Shown here: positions 39,489 to 49,521 of the stretch, piece by piece
How positions within the stretch are numbered: the first letter of the stretch is position 1
Layout: each line of letters starts with the position of its first letter
Origin: Lachnospiraceae bacterium
GTDB lineage: Bacteria; Bacillota; Clostridia; Lachnospirales; Lachnospiraceae
Length of the DNA stretch: 64,000 bases
Direction: 5' to 3'
Assembly (NCBI GenBank): GCA_900766575.1
Contig: CAAFVW010000116.1
Location: forward strand, 4,438 to 68,437
Notes under the pieces: generated by a model
What the model was told of the DNA's origin: nothing
Database searches by the model: none
What the model saw: only the letters and a program-made list of their open reading frames with translations
Position numbers and translations under genes: made by a program

Positions 39489-39750
39489 CCAGAACACCTC
39501 CAATCATTTCTGGTCTATCAACGCAGTAAACGGAAAATCCTAACGCCCGGAGCTGCGCGGCTCTCTTGACCTGCAACGGACGCATCTTCTTTCCAGGTGC
39601 CTTCATTTCCACAAAAGCCAACTTACCACCGGGGAAGAGAACCAAACGGTCAGGCACCCCATCCAACCCAGGCGAAACAAATTTGACTGCCAGCCCACCA
39701 CGCTTTTTTACCTCCGTGGTCAGCTTGCTCTCTACATAACTCTCACGCAA
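39469..39750 (-). CDS. VRR-NUC nuclease
   Basis: GVPDRLVLFPGG...FVEMKAPG; TTG start after AGGAGA. Confidence 0.9.
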   Translation of the reverse strand: MRESYVESKLTTEVKKRGGLAVKFVSPGLDGVPDRLVLFPGGKLAFVEMKAPGKKMRPLQVKRAAQLRALGFSVYCVDRPEMIGGVLDEIQTA

Positions 39751-39984
39751 AAGACCATCTCCTTTCCTGTTTCCTTTTGCCGTTTCCAGATAGCAAAAAA
39801 CTCTTACGCGCGTACAGGTACATACACACACCTGTTTCTTTCTTCTTTTATATCTACACACTCTCAATAGGGGGCTTTTTAGGAAACATGGGAAACAACC
39901 AGGCTTTTTCGCTGACCGCTGTGGTAATTTCCCAGTTTCCGCACTGTGTTTCTTACTACCGTGTAGGAATCAGCAAGAAACACC

Positions 39985-42369
39985 TCATGGGTTTCCGTGT
40001 TTCTCCTCGGCAACACGGACGAATGCCTTCTGAACGCCATATCCAGGGATACGCATCTTGCCGGAGGCATTTCCCTCATACCGTTTCCAGCCGGGGATCT
40101 TGTTCAGGATAGACTCCACCTCATAGGACTCTGTCCGTTTCAGATTCTGGCGTTCCTTGCCAAAGCATTCGCACCAGATTTCCATGATGCAGACTCGCTC
40201 ACGGCGTACAGTACCCGTAGCCGGAACACCGCCAAATTCGCTACCGCCGAGGAAGCTCCTGCGTTGGTACAGATCCATCTTGTCCCATCCATCCGGCAAA
40301 AGGGTGTCAAGGTAGTCTGCCACAATGCCTTCACGGTCATCGGACTCCATTGCATCCTGCTGACGGGCATAGGCTTCCGCAGCCACACTGCCGGAAAGGA
40401 ACAGCTCCTCGCCTTGGTGGTATCGCTCGATGGCTTCAGCCCAGATCTGGTCGATGTCAGTCATCTCCCACGGATGGTGTGCGCCTTTGCCAGTCACATG
40501 AACCGGCCAGAAGCGGCGATTACCCGTAATGTCACGCAAGAATCCACCCTCGGAGTTGGTGCTACCCACGATGATGCAGGTGCGTGGATGGCTTTCGACC
40601 ACAATGCCATACGACTGGCGGAACTTATCATCTGTCCGAGTGACAAAGGATTTCACCGTTTCCACATCGACCTTTTTGATACCGGCCAGCTCACCCAGTT
40701 CCAGAATCCAGTAGCCCTGCAGTTTCTCCGCTGCAGTCTTGTCCTTCATATCAGAGATGGAAAGGCTGTCGGAATACCACTGCCGACCCAGCAGGGCAAA
40801 GAAGGTAGACTTACCCACACCCTGGGGACCGTTCAGTACGAGGATCGAGTCGAACTTCACACCCGGCTCATACACACGGGCAACTGCTGCTGTGAGGGTC
40901 TTTCTGGTGACCGCACGGACATACGGTGTATCATCCGCACCAAGGTAGTCGATAAGCAAGGTGTCCAAACGCTCCACGCCATCCCACTGGAGGGTGGCGA
41001 AGTAATCCTTGATGGGGTGATACTGCCGTTCCGCAGACACCACCGCCAGCAGAGCATCTTTGAATTTGGTCGGTGACCAGATGCCATAGACCTTCTCAAA
41101 GTACAGCTTGGCATTTGCCACATCTGCATCCGCCCAGCCCGGTTTTACCTGTGTCCAGGGAATATCACCGATCACATCAATACTGCTCTTGAACTCGTTA
41201 AACACGATGGACTTCAGATTTGGGTCGTGCCGCACGATGGTAGCAATATTGTTCAGGGTATCTTTGACCTTGCCCTGCTTGTCCAGTTCCAGAAGGGTCT
41301 GCCAGTCCTCATCGGTGACTTCTTCCTCGAACTCAGCCTGGGCGAGATGTACACGCTCCTTGGCAAGCTGGATCTTGACCTTATCATCCTGCACGGCAAA
41401 TTCCTGCATTGCTTTGAAGGACGGCAACTTGGCTGGGTCGGCATCGGGATCAGCCTTGGCATCCAAAGAACCAAACTTGTGGATACGCACCACATCAAAG
41501 GCGTTCATCAATCTGCCACAAGCAGGGTCGGTAGCATGATGGCTGTATGCGAACTTGTCCTCATACACCACAACACCAGCCTGGGAGTCTGCCGGAATAT
41601 AATCGAAGCGCCCTGGCATAGCACTGTGCTTGTACACATCAGGGAGGAAGGTTTCGATGGCATCCTGGATAGAATAAGTACGGCAGAATGCACCGACCGT
41701 TCCAGGCTTGGCGAGCGGGTCAGCCTGCTTTTTGATGTCACGCTGAACAATGCTCTGCTGCCGTTTGGATACCGGCCATTCGGCAGAGTTGTGCCAATCC
41801 GAGTACCGAGCAAGAATCTTATCCGGGTCCAGAAGTTCGCCCTCCATCTCATGGAAGATGAACTCACCGTCCGAAGATGTGCTGGGCCAGTACATCAGAC
41901 GGCTCGGCTCATAGGTGGTGTCATCGAACAGCTCAATGCCGATGTCCTCTGCTACTTTTCTGGCTACCGCACAGTATTCATCTGGAGTCACCTCACGGGA
42001 CAGAGGAATGACCAATCGCAGGCGGGGCTTTTCCGGCGTGTGCTTATGGGTACTGTAGAAAAAGCAATGGAAGGAAAAGAACATCTCGATCTGGTCGATG
42101 ATGTCTGGGGTGGCATAATCCATATCCAGAGAAAGGCCGGAACGGGTCAGTACACAGTCCTTCTTACGGCGGCCACCTTTGAGCGTACCGAGAACAAAAC
42201 CGCCCACGTCCTTGATATCGTCCTGCTTGGCCTTGCTCAGCTTGCGGTACTGCTCCACAGTTTCTGCGGTGCGATGCGTCTGGGAAATGCGGTCACGAAA
42301 CTCGGAAAGTTCCATATCAACCAGATTCCACTTTTTATCCATACGGGAATTACCTGTACTGATTCTCAT
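39985..42369 (-). CDS. Primase-helicase (VirE/VapE family)
   Basis: LSLDMD, STHKH, PRLRL primase region; GPQGVGKST and DITGNRRFWP. Confidence 0.92.
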   Translation of the reverse strand: MRISTGNSRMDKKWNLVDMELSEFRDRISQTHRTAETVEQYRKLSKAKQDDIKDVGGFVLGTLKGGRRKKDCVLTRSGLSLDMDYATPDIIDQIEMFFSFHCFFYSTHKHTPEKPRLRLVIPLSREVTPDEYCAVARKVAEDIGIELFDDTTYEPSRLMYWPSTSSDGEFIFHEMEGELLDPDKILARYSDWHNSAEWPVSKRQQSIVQRDIKKQADPLAKPGTVGAFCRTYSIQDAIETFLPDVYKHSAMPGRFDYIPADSQAGVVVYEDKFAYSHHATDPACGRLMNAFDVVRIHKFGSLDAKADPDADPAKLPSFKAMQEFAVQDDKVKIQLAKERVHLAQAEFEEEVTDEDWQTLLELDKQGKVKDTLNNIATIVRHDPNLKSIVFNEFKSSIDVIGDIPWTQVKPGWADADVANAKLYFEKVYGIWSPTKFKDALLAVVSAERQYHPIKDYFATLQWDGVERLDTLLIDYLGADDTPYVRAVTRKTLTAAVARVYEPGVKFDSILVLNGPQGVGKSTFFALLGRQWYSDSLSISDMKDKTAAEKLQGYWILELGELAGIKKVDVETVKSFVTRTDDKFRQSYGIVVESHPRTCIIVGSTNSEGGFLRDITGNRRFWPVHVTGKGAHHPWEMTDIDQIWAEAIERYHQGEELFLSGSVAAEAYARQQDAMESDDREGIVADYLDTLLPDGWDKMDLYQRRSFLGGSEFGGVPATGTVRRERVCIMEIWCECFGKERQNLKRTESYEVESILNKIPGWKRYEGNASGKMRIPGYGVQKAFVRVAEEKHGNP

Positions 42370-42767
42370 TCCAATCCCTCCTTGAAGTTGTCGATGTTCC
42401 GCTGGAGCATCTCACGCTGACGAGCGGCTTCCTTCGCCTGAGCAATGTGATATTTGTACTCGTAGGCGCGTTCGACAGATGTAGCTCTTTTCATAGAATT
42501 TGCTTCACGGCTGTCGTAGTAAGCGACCCGGCGGGTCATGAACTCCAGCAAGCGGGTCTTATCCGTCTGGGTGCAATAGCGATGGATGAGCCGGAACACC
42601 TTCTTCGCCTTTGACTGTGGGCAAGGGAAGAAACGCTCCAAGTTCAGTTCGATGTACCCAGTCGGATAATTGATTTTCAGTTTTTTTGCATCGGCTTCCA
42701 CATTGCGAACTGCGATGTGTGCCGTAGGATCGGGGTAACCCTCTCCGTTATTCCTGCTGATTCCCAT
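42366..42767 (-). CDS. Phage hypothetical protein
   Basis: NGEGYPDPTA motif, GGAGGT RBS. Confidence 0.7.
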   Translation of the reverse strand: MGISRNNGEGYPDPTAHIAVRNVEADAKKLKINYPTGYIELNLERFFPCPQSKAKKVFRLIHRYCTQTDKTRLLEFMTRRVAYYDSREANSMKRATSVERAYEYKYHIAQAKEAARQREMLQRNIDNFKEGLE

Positions 42768-42780
42768 GAGCAGTACCTCC

Positions 42781-44718
42781 TTAGTCTTTTTTGTAAAATG
42801 CACATTCATAACCATCTGCACGAAGGGGCAGGCCAGCCGCCCAGTCTGGGACAATCGCCATCATCTGGCAGACCTCGTTCACGCTAGAAACGCCCTCTGG
42901 TACTTCCAGCACAGCTTCGTCATGGATGTGCATCACGATTTCAAATCCGGCATCACGCAGTCGTAGCATTGCAAGTGCCAGCAGGTCACGGGCTGTGGCT
43001 TGAACGATGTTCTCGACCAGCTTCGGCCCATAAGTTTCGATCCGCATCCACTTCTTGCTCTCACCAACACCTTCATAGGAAAGGCTCTCCCGTCCGAAAC
43101 GATTCATGGTCATGCGGGGCTTGATGTATGAAAGATTTCTGCCGGATGGTAAGGTGACAAACAGGATGCCAGAACGATAGGAAAAACACAGATTTCCATA
43201 GGAAACAGATGTCTTTTCCCGAACAGCCTTCACTGCTGCCGCATCCACATCCCACCAGAACTTCGTGATATGAGGATTGGAGCCTCGCCACTGATTGACC
43301 AGCGGTTGTAGCTCATCTTCTTCCAAACCCATATCTAGGGCACCCATCGAGGTCAAAGCGCCCACAGAGCCACCATAGCCAAGTGCCAGTTCAGCGATTT
43401 TGCCTTTTTGCCGGAGGTGACCATTCACACCGTGCTTTACCACAGGAACGCCGAACATTTGGCTGGCAGATGCACAGTAGATATCCCCACCCTGTGCAAA
43501 AGTATCGAGCCGCCACTGTTCCCCGGAGAACCATGCAAGCACTCTGGCTTCGATTGCGGAGAAGTCCGCTACGATAAAACGGTAGCCTGGTTTCGGAATA
43601 AAAGCGGTACGAATCAGTTCTGACAGCACCCTAGGGGTGGAATCATACAGCAAATCAACCAAGTCGAATTGCTGATTCTTTACAAGGTCACGCGCCAGTT
43701 CCAGATCCTCGATATGGTTCTGGGGAAGATTCTGGACTTGCACCAGTCTGCCAGCCCATCTGCCAGTGCGGTTCGCACCGTAAAATTGGAGCAGGCCATG
43801 GACTCGACCATCCGAACAGACAGAGCGTTCGATGGCTTCGTACTTTTTCACAGACGTCTTTGCCATCAAAAGCCGGAGTTTCAATACCTCCAATACTTCG
43901 CCATCTGCATTGCCGATGAGAGACTTCACGGCTTTTTTATCTAATTTGTCTGCTTCCACGCCATGCTCCGCCAACCAGCCTTTGATCTGGACTGGAGAGT
44001 TGGGGTTGGAAAGACCAGTAAGCTCATAGGCTCTGGCGGTAACAGCATCCTTGTACTGGTTATCGCAGAGGACGGCATTTGCCGCCAGTTTCTGGTCAAC
44101 CAGGATGCCGCGATCGTTGATTTCCTGGTCCATCTGGTAGAACTTCATCTCCTGTGCTGGGATCGGGAAGTTCCGAAGTTTATATCTGATTTCACGCTCT
44201 GCATCCACATCCCGGATACAATATGTTTTGAACCGCACCCATTTCTCCGGCTCGTCCTCTGGGCGATTCCTTGTCCTGCCACCGTTCACTTTGGTTGGCT
44301 TGCACGGCATGGAGAAGAATCGAACCAAATCAACGCCTTCTTTCAGCTTTTTCCGCTGTATGTTCAGCACCTCACCAACACCGTCCAGAGAAAGTGGAAG
44401 TGCCAGCATAGCAGACTGAACGGCGGTACACTGCCATGCTACAGGAGAAAGGCGATGCCCCAGGTATTTGGAAATACACGTCCGTTCAAAAGCGGCGTTG
44501 AATGCAGTTTTCACAATGCTCTCATCTTCCAGAGCATCCAGCACACGTTGCGGCAGTTGCTCTCCACAGGCCAGATCCACGATCTGTGTTTCTTCCTCAT
44601 CAAAGGCATAGGCAAACAACAGGATTTCAAAATTGGGACTGTCGCTGTATGCATAGACACCGCACTTCTGCAGGTCTACATCTGAATAAGTTTCAATATC
44701 GATAGCCAACAGGCTCAT
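42781..44718 (-). CDS. Phage DNA polymerase, family A
   Basis: IDIETYS exonuclease motif, RTGRWAG, DFSAIEAR, KIAELALGYGG and HIHDE. Confidence 0.95.
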   Translation of the reverse strand: MSLLAIDIETYSDVDLQKCGVYAYSDSPNFEILLFAYAFDEEETQIVDLACGEQLPQRVLDALEDESIVKTAFNAAFERTCISKYLGHRLSPVAWQCTAVQSAMLALPLSLDGVGEVLNIQRKKLKEGVDLVRFFSMPCKPTKVNGGRTRNRPEDEPEKWVRFKTYCIRDVDAEREIRYKLRNFPIPAQEMKFYQMDQEINDRGILVDQKLAANAVLCDNQYKDAVTARAYELTGLSNPNSPVQIKGWLAEHGVEADKLDKKAVKSLIGNADGEVLEVLKLRLLMAKTSVKKYEAIERSVCSDGRVHGLLQFYGANRTGRWAGRLVQVQNLPQNHIEDLELARDLVKNQQFDLVDLLYDSTPRVLSELIRTAFIPKPGYRFIVADFSAIEARVLAWFSGEQWRLDTFAQGGDIYCASASQMFGVPVVKHGVNGHLRQKGKIAELALGYGGSVGALTSMGALDMGLEEDELQPLVNQWRGSNPHITKFWWDVDAAAVKAVREKTSVSYGNLCFSYRSGILFVTLPSGRNLSYIKPRMTMNRFGRESLSYEGVGESKKWMRIETYGPKLVENIVQATARDLLALAMLRLRDAGFEIVMHIHDEAVLEVPEGVSSVNEVCQMMAIVPDWAAGLPLRADGYECAFYKKD

Positions 44719-44807
44719 GTAACCACTCCTCTCGAAAAGCTATGTTCCGTCAGCACAGACGGATTAAATATGTATGGGGAGAACGGCGAACCGTCCTCCC
44801 CGGAAGA

Positions 44808-45347
44808 TTAGGACAGGAAGTCCTCATCATCCTCAGTCTGGAAATCGTCCGCAGCAGAGGTGCGACCGCCCAGGCTCTCGCCATCCTTCAGCTTCTGAAT
44901 GTTACCCAGACCAGCGGCGATGCCACGGTTGCCGTTGCTGTTGTAGCCGTAGAAGGTCACGCTGATCTTGCCATAGCAGCCGGAGTACACCTCGCTCTGG
45001 TCGAGGATAGGCTGAACTTTGCTGTCCACGACCTGCGGAGCCTGACGGCTGTTTGCGTTGAAGAAGTAGCAACCAGCATAGGCTTCGTCATCCGGGCGGT
45101 CGATATCACCGTCACGCAGAGGGAGCTTGAGGTTGGCCGGAACCTTACCGCCCCACTTAGAAACGGAGTCCTTCTTGGCCTGTTCGATAGCTGCCTTGAT
45201 TGCGTTGACCGTAGCGGTATCCTTCTTGGAAACAATGGCAGATACGCTGTACTTCGGATCGCCGCCATTCACGGAATCCGGCTCCCAGCAGTGCAGATAA
45301 GAAAAACGGCAAGGTACGATAACTTTGGTGTTGTTCTGATTATTCAT
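44808..45347 (-). CDS. ssDNA-binding protein (DUF2815/gp2.5-like)
   Basis: PLRDGD, EVYSGCY, GLGNIQK and acidic tail. Confidence 0.88.
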   Translation of the reverse strand: MNNQNNTKVIVPCRFSYLHCWEPDSVNGGDPKYSVSAIVSKKDTATVNAIKAAIEQAKKDSVSKWGGKVPANLKLPLRDGDIDRPDDEAYAGCYFFNANSRQAPQVVDSKVQPILDQSEVYSGCYGKISVTFYGYNSNGNRGIAAGLGNIQKLKDGESLGGRTSAADDFQTEDDEDFLS

Positions 45348-45350
45348 GGT

Positions 45351-46478
45351 TTATTCCTCCTGAAAATCCGCCGTAGCGGTTGATTGTGTGATTGCTTCTC
45401 TCTTGTCGGAATCCGGCACGAGGGTGATTTTCCCCTGGGGTTTGTACACATACTGCCCAAGGACACGAGCAAATTCCTTCTTGCCCATCAGACGCTCCAT
45501 CTCGGTAACACCGATGAGCGACTGTTTGTAGATGTCGGTGTACCCAGCGGCTTTGGCGGCTTGCTCCACCTCGGCATCACTGGAATACTTGCGGTTGCTC
45601 CGACCTTCCACCAGTTTGTAACCCGTCCACTGTTTTCCGTGGACGATGGCCTGATCCTGAGCGAAGGCATAGACATCAGCTGACCACTTTGCCAGTTCAT
45701 CCGATACCTTCAGCACCTCTGCAATTTCTGCATCGGACAGAAGGGCAGGCTGACGAAATTCCATCTGTGCTAGCTTCAAGAACTCCTCGGCTCTGGCACG
45801 GCACTGGTTTCTTGCTTTGCAGAACCGGCACCAGCTTCCGGCGTGGAACTCTCCGGCTCCAGTCATCGCCATAGCGGAACGGGGCTTCAGAATTTCCTCG
45901 CCCCACTTTTTGAGGTCAGCGGGGGTGATGTCCCAGGAACTGTAGTTATTGATACGGGGCTGGTAAATCGTGAGCCGGACAGTTTCCACATCGTAGAGCA
46001 TCTCGGCCATTGCCAACACGCCGAGACCATAGGCCATAAGCTGGGGATTTTCCACGGCACTGACTTCCACGCCCCGTCCCAGTTTAAGATCAATAATGTG
46101 AACCACCTTGTCCGTAACGATGACCATATCGGCGGTACCAAAGCAGTCCGTTGCGTAGTCGGAAATATCGACACGCTGCTCCACTGCAAAAACAGGCTGT
46201 TTGCACTCACGCTTGGCATCTTCAATCTCACCGATGACGAAGGAAACATAATCGTCCACGGCTTCCAGTAGGTCATCCGAGTAGTAATCCGACACTGGAC
46301 GTTTGGTGCGAAGCTTCAGGTGCTTTTTGATAAGGTGTTCTGCCAGAGCGTGTCCGGCAGAACCTTCAGCGGCATAGGAACTTTCTTCATCGGCATACTG
46401 CTCTCCCAGCACCAGGGAAGGGGTACAGTTCAGAGTACGGTGCAGAGCCGAGGGTGAGTTCCGTGCGTGGGCCCCCAT
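45351..46478 (-). CDS. Cas4-like/PD-(D/E)XK exonuclease (DUF2800-like)
   Basis: GTADMV, IIDLKLG, QLMAY and CRFC...C. Confidence 0.88.
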   Translation of the reverse strand: MGAHARNSPSALHRTLNCTPSLVLGEQYADEESSYAAEGSAGHALAEHLIKKHLKLRTKRPVSDYYSDDLLEAVDDYVSFVIGEIEDAKRECKQPVFAVEQRVDISDYATDCFGTADMVIVTDKVVHIIDLKLGRGVEVSAVENPQLMAYGLGVLAMAEMLYDVETVRLTIYQPRINNYSSWDITPADLKKWGEEILKPRSAMAMTGAGEFHAGSWCRFCKARNQCRARAEEFLKLAQMEFRQPALLSDAEIAEVLKVSDELAKWSADVYAFAQDQAIVHGKQWTGYKLVEGRSNRKYSSDAEVEQAAKAAGYTDIYKQSLIGVTEMERLMGKKEFARVLGQYVYKPQGKITLVPDSDKREAITQSTATADFQEE

Positions 46479-46813
46479 TAGAGAGCCTCCGCATCTGCCA
46501 GCAGCGCCGGGTAGTCTTCCGGCTTGACCCCGGACAGCTTGCCGGAGTCATACTTCAGCAGAAGATCTTTGACTTCCTTACGCTTGCCGTTCTGGGACTT
46601 ATCTGCCAGTACAGCACGGACTTCCTCGATGGTGATCTTCTTCTCCTCGGCTTCAGCCTTGGGAGCAGGCTTGTCCGTTGTATCTGCCTTGGCAGACTTA
46701 TCTGTGGTGACTGTTGCCGGAGCTTCAGCCTGTGCCAAAGCACGGTAGCCTGCCGCCAGCTTTTCAAAACCATCTGCGATGGTCAAAAATACGTCTTTCA
46801 TAGCGTTTTCCAT
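46478..46813 (-). CDS. Conserved phage replication-module protein
   Basis: TIEEVRAVLA...LLLKY...KLSGV..EDYPALL. Confidence 0.75.
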   Translation of the reverse strand: MENAMKDVFLTIADGFEKLAAGYRALAQAEAPATVTTDKSAKADTTDKPAPKAEAEEKKITIEEVRAVLADKSQNGKRKEVKDLLLKYDSGKLSGVKPEDYPALLADAEAL

Positions 46814-46819
46814 CCTTTC

Positions 46820-47221
46820 TTAGTAGCGGTAAAACAGGAGTCCTTTCACGATGCGGCGGTAATCAGCATCCAGGCGGTCATCCAGGAGAATGGTTGCCGG
46901 ATCGATCTGACGGAGCTTCTCATCATAGAGGATTGCAGGCACCTTGACCTTCTTTGCCTCGTTGATCTCATATTCCATACCGTTGGTGATTGTCGTGCCG
47001 ATGATCCACATCATGTCGCATTCCTTCATCAACTCCACGCCCATCTTGATGCCCTTGATACGCTCATACTGGTCGTTGTCATCAAGGAACTGCGGGAAAT
47101 AGAGATGCGGAACAACAGGGATGTAACCGCTGTTAATCAGCACACGAGCCGCAAACTTGGCGAGCTTGAGATTCTTCTCCACATCGCCTTTCATCGGGGA
47201 ACAAACAAATACTTTGTCCAT
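46820..47221 (-). CDS. Nucleoside deoxyribosyltransferase-like (DUF4406-like) protein
   Basis: VFVCSP...PHLYFPQFLDD...CD...GM..EI. Confidence 0.65.
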   Translation of the reverse strand: MDKVFVCSPMKGDVEKNLKLAKFAARVLINSGYIPVVPHLYFPQFLDDNDQYERIKGIKMGVELMKECDMMWIIGTTITNGMEYEINEAKKVKVPAILYDEKLRQIDPATILLDDRLDADYRRIVKGLLFYRY

Positions 47222-47264
47222 AAAAATTCACCTTGCCTTTCAGTACATTCAGGGGTGTGTCCCG

Positions 47265-47597
47265 TTATTGCCGAGAACTCCTCGGCAGAGCGAAAGCATC
47301 AAGAATGCTCTTCATCACAGCTTGCTGTTCCGGCTGCAGTCCAGGAAGCAGTTCTGCAAGAAGGTTTTCTTGCTCTTGGTTGAGGTAACGCCGACCAGAA
47401 GACCACCCAGGTAATGCCTTGATTCCGCCGCCGTGTCCCGGTACCATTTCAAAGGCGGTGCAAGGAGTGATGGCATCAAGATCGCTGCGGATGGTATTTC
47501 GTGAAACACCAAACTCCGCCATAAGCTCTCTGATACTTGTTTCGCGCTTGTCCGAGATATAATCACGGATGGCGAACTGCCGTTCAGCTTGTGTCAT
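47265..47597 (-). CDS. DeoR-like HTH protein
   Basis: SIRELMAEFGVSRNTIRSDL, G.GGG wing. Confidence 0.8.
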   Translation of the reverse strand: MTQAERQFAIRDYISDKRETSIRELMAEFGVSRNTIRSDLDAITPCTAFEMVPGHGGGIKALPGWSSGRRYLNQEQENLLAELLPGLQPEQQAVMKSILDAFALPRSSRQ

Positions 47598-47719
47598 GTC
47601 CTTGCACCTCCTTTCGCTTTCGATGTACTCAGATTACAGGTCAAAGGGTCAGTCTCACTGCACCTTTGAAATCAGTTTTGAAAAAATGTTGTTTGCATTT
47701 TTCTCCAGCGATTTGACAC

Positions 47720-47775
47720 AAAAAAATAAAGGCCGGAGTATGGGCTGTACGAATACAGCCTTACTCCGGCCTTAG
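47720..47775 (-). terminator. Long-stem terminator with UUCG loop
   Basis: GGCCGGAGTA-A-GGCTGTA TTCG TACAGCC-CA-TACTCCGGCC followed by a T-tract. Confidence 0.8.
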
Positions 47776-47813
47776 TGGTGACAAATGCCCCGGTGGTCAG
47801 TCAGTAATGCAAT

Positions 47814-48002
47814 CTATCTGTTGCGGCCCAGTCGTTTCTGAGCCACGGTTTTTTCAGTTTTAAGTGTATCTAAGTCCCCGGTGAAGAAGTGCCTACATTT
47901 CGGGCACATTACGGAAACGGTGACTTTGGCTTTTCCATCCGCCAATATCTCGCCTTTGCTACACCAAGGGCAGATGAGGTGACGGTCAAAATTGTTCTGC
48001 AT
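47814..48002 (-). CDS. Small zinc-ribbon protein
   Basis: CPWC...CPKC, 62 aa. Confidence 0.7.
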   Translation of the reverse strand: MQNNFDRHLICPWCSKGEILADGKAKVTVSVMCPKCRHFFTGDLDTLKTEKTVAQKRLGRNR

Positions 48003-48184
48003 GGCACGGTTGCCCCTTTCTTTTTTTACATCGTAACAGAACGCCACCCCACACTAAATCCCATATGTAAGACTTCTTTTGGGGGTGTCCCATTTACGCT
48101 TTTTACGCCATTCTGCGTAACGCTAAGGTAAAAAAAGCAGTAGCCCACAACCTGTCGGTGAAGCAGGCTACCGTATCATGCACA

Positions 48185-49024
48185 TTAGAAGGCAACAGCA
48201 AATTGTCTGTGCTGTTCCAGATATTCATCTTCAGTCATCAGAAGTCCCAGTCGCTTAAGCTGTACATTGGCAGCGGCTTTGGAAACTCCGAATATATTGG
48301 AAAGGTTCTCAGTCAGAGCAGTTACGCCGAACTCATAATCCCAATCAAATTCATCCGGGGTGACAAAAATGCCATCACGGAATCCGGCTTTACGATTCAG
48401 TTCCATCGCAGTCGGAACAAAGGTCTGGCGGGGCATAGCAACAGATGCCGCATAAACATCAGCCTGATGCTCCCGATAATCCTCTTGCGTCCACTTCGTA
48501 TAGTCACGGCTCCGGGCAACGCCCTCCAACGCATTCATACGGCAGCACACAACAGACGCGCCTTCCTCTTTCTGTAAACCAAAATCGAAAAGGGAAAGCT
48601 GTCCATCACATCTGCGATAAACCGCAGGGTGCATACAGAAATGCCCGCCTTCGTGCAACACGGTAAACTGGGCAAAGCCCTCCTTGCCAGGTTGCATGGT
48701 GGAATTATCAATAAGGATGGTGTTCGCAGGTACCCGCTGTTTGCGGATGCACAGGTTTTCTTTATCAAAAACACGCACCATATCATCGTTGAAAACAGTT
48801 GCTCCAGCGATCTGGGGTGTATTTTCCGGATAGTAGATATCCATGTAGTCCACATTGGCACCCAGGTAGCTTTCGATAAAGTGCAGGGACTTGATCTTTC
48901 CCGGCTCTTTCAGCAGTTTGGGCTTATAATCCCCAACCTGGGCTTCTGCGAAATCCATGATATCGGTATTCTTGACAACGGGTGTCTGATCCCGATGTCG
49001 CTTGCTACAGTGGAAATCAATCAA
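48185..49024 (-). CDS. ImmA/IrrE-family metalloprotease
   Basis: FTVLHEGGH and EHQADVYA; TTG start overlapping the XRE stop. Confidence 0.88.
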   Translation of the reverse strand: MIDFHCSKRHRDQTPVVKNTDIMDFAEAQVGDYKPKLLKEPGKIKSLHFIESYLGANVDYMDIYYPENTPQIAGATVFNDDMVRVFDKENLCIRKQRVPANTILIDNSTMQPGKEGFAQFTVLHEGGHFCMHPAVYRRCDGQLSLFDFGLQKEEGASVVCCRMNALEGVARSRDYTKWTQEDYREHQADVYAASVAMPRQTFVPTAMELNRKAGFRDGIFVTPDEFDWDYEFGVTALTENLSNIFGVSKAAANVQLKRLGLLMTEDEYLEQHRQFAVAF

Positions 49025-49424
49025 TCTTGTTACCTCGTTTCTTTTCAATATTTCGGATGAAGGTTTTCCAGTCCTCTTCCGATGCAACTCCTGCGTTAGA
49101 CATTCGTAAGGCAAACCTTGCCATTTCACCTATTTCAGAATGCATCATGATATCATCGATGTCGGATGGAATTTCACCACGGTCACGAGCTGCCAAATCA
49201 TACATAAGAGCCTTGTCCTCATCAGATAGGTTCAGATATGAACAAAACTGCTCTATCTTATCACTGTCAAAAGGTTTTCTCCGGCACTGCTCGATGTCAC
49301 TAAGCATACTAAGGGAAACGCCCAGTACGGTCGCAAGGTCTTTTAGCGTCAGGTCTCTTTCATCTTGTAATCTTTTCTTTTTTATAAATTCTCCAAATCT
49401 CATATTCTTTTCTTGCATTGTCAT
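49017..49424 (-). CDS. XRE-family repressor
   Basis: LTLKDLATVLGVSLSMLSDIEQCRRKP. Confidence 0.9.
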   Translation of the reverse strand: MTMQEKNMRFGEFIKKKRLQDERDLTLKDLATVLGVSLSMLSDIEQCRRKPFDSDKIEQFCSYLNLSDEDKALMYDLAARDRGEIPSDIDDIMMHSEIGEMARFALRMSNAGVASEEDWKTFIRNIEKKRGNKID

Positions 49425-49445
49425 TTTCCTCCTGCCGCGCTGTAA

Positions 49446-49511
49446 TTACGCATTTTACGCCTATTACGCCGTTCTGCGTAATATTATACAGTGTGGCAGA
49501 AGAAAAGTCAA
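49446..49511 (-). promoter_or_regulatory. SigA promoter and TTACGC operator array
   Basis: TTGACT-17-TATAAT (49511-49483); TTACGC-N6-GCGTAA at 49464-49481 plus half-sites. Confidence 0.75.
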
Positions 49512-49521
49512 GCCACCTCAT

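Noticed and set aside
45351..46478. Cas4-like nuclease suggesting CRISPR-Cas
   Set aside because: It sits in the standard SSB-PolA replication module; no other cas genes or repeat-spacer array seen
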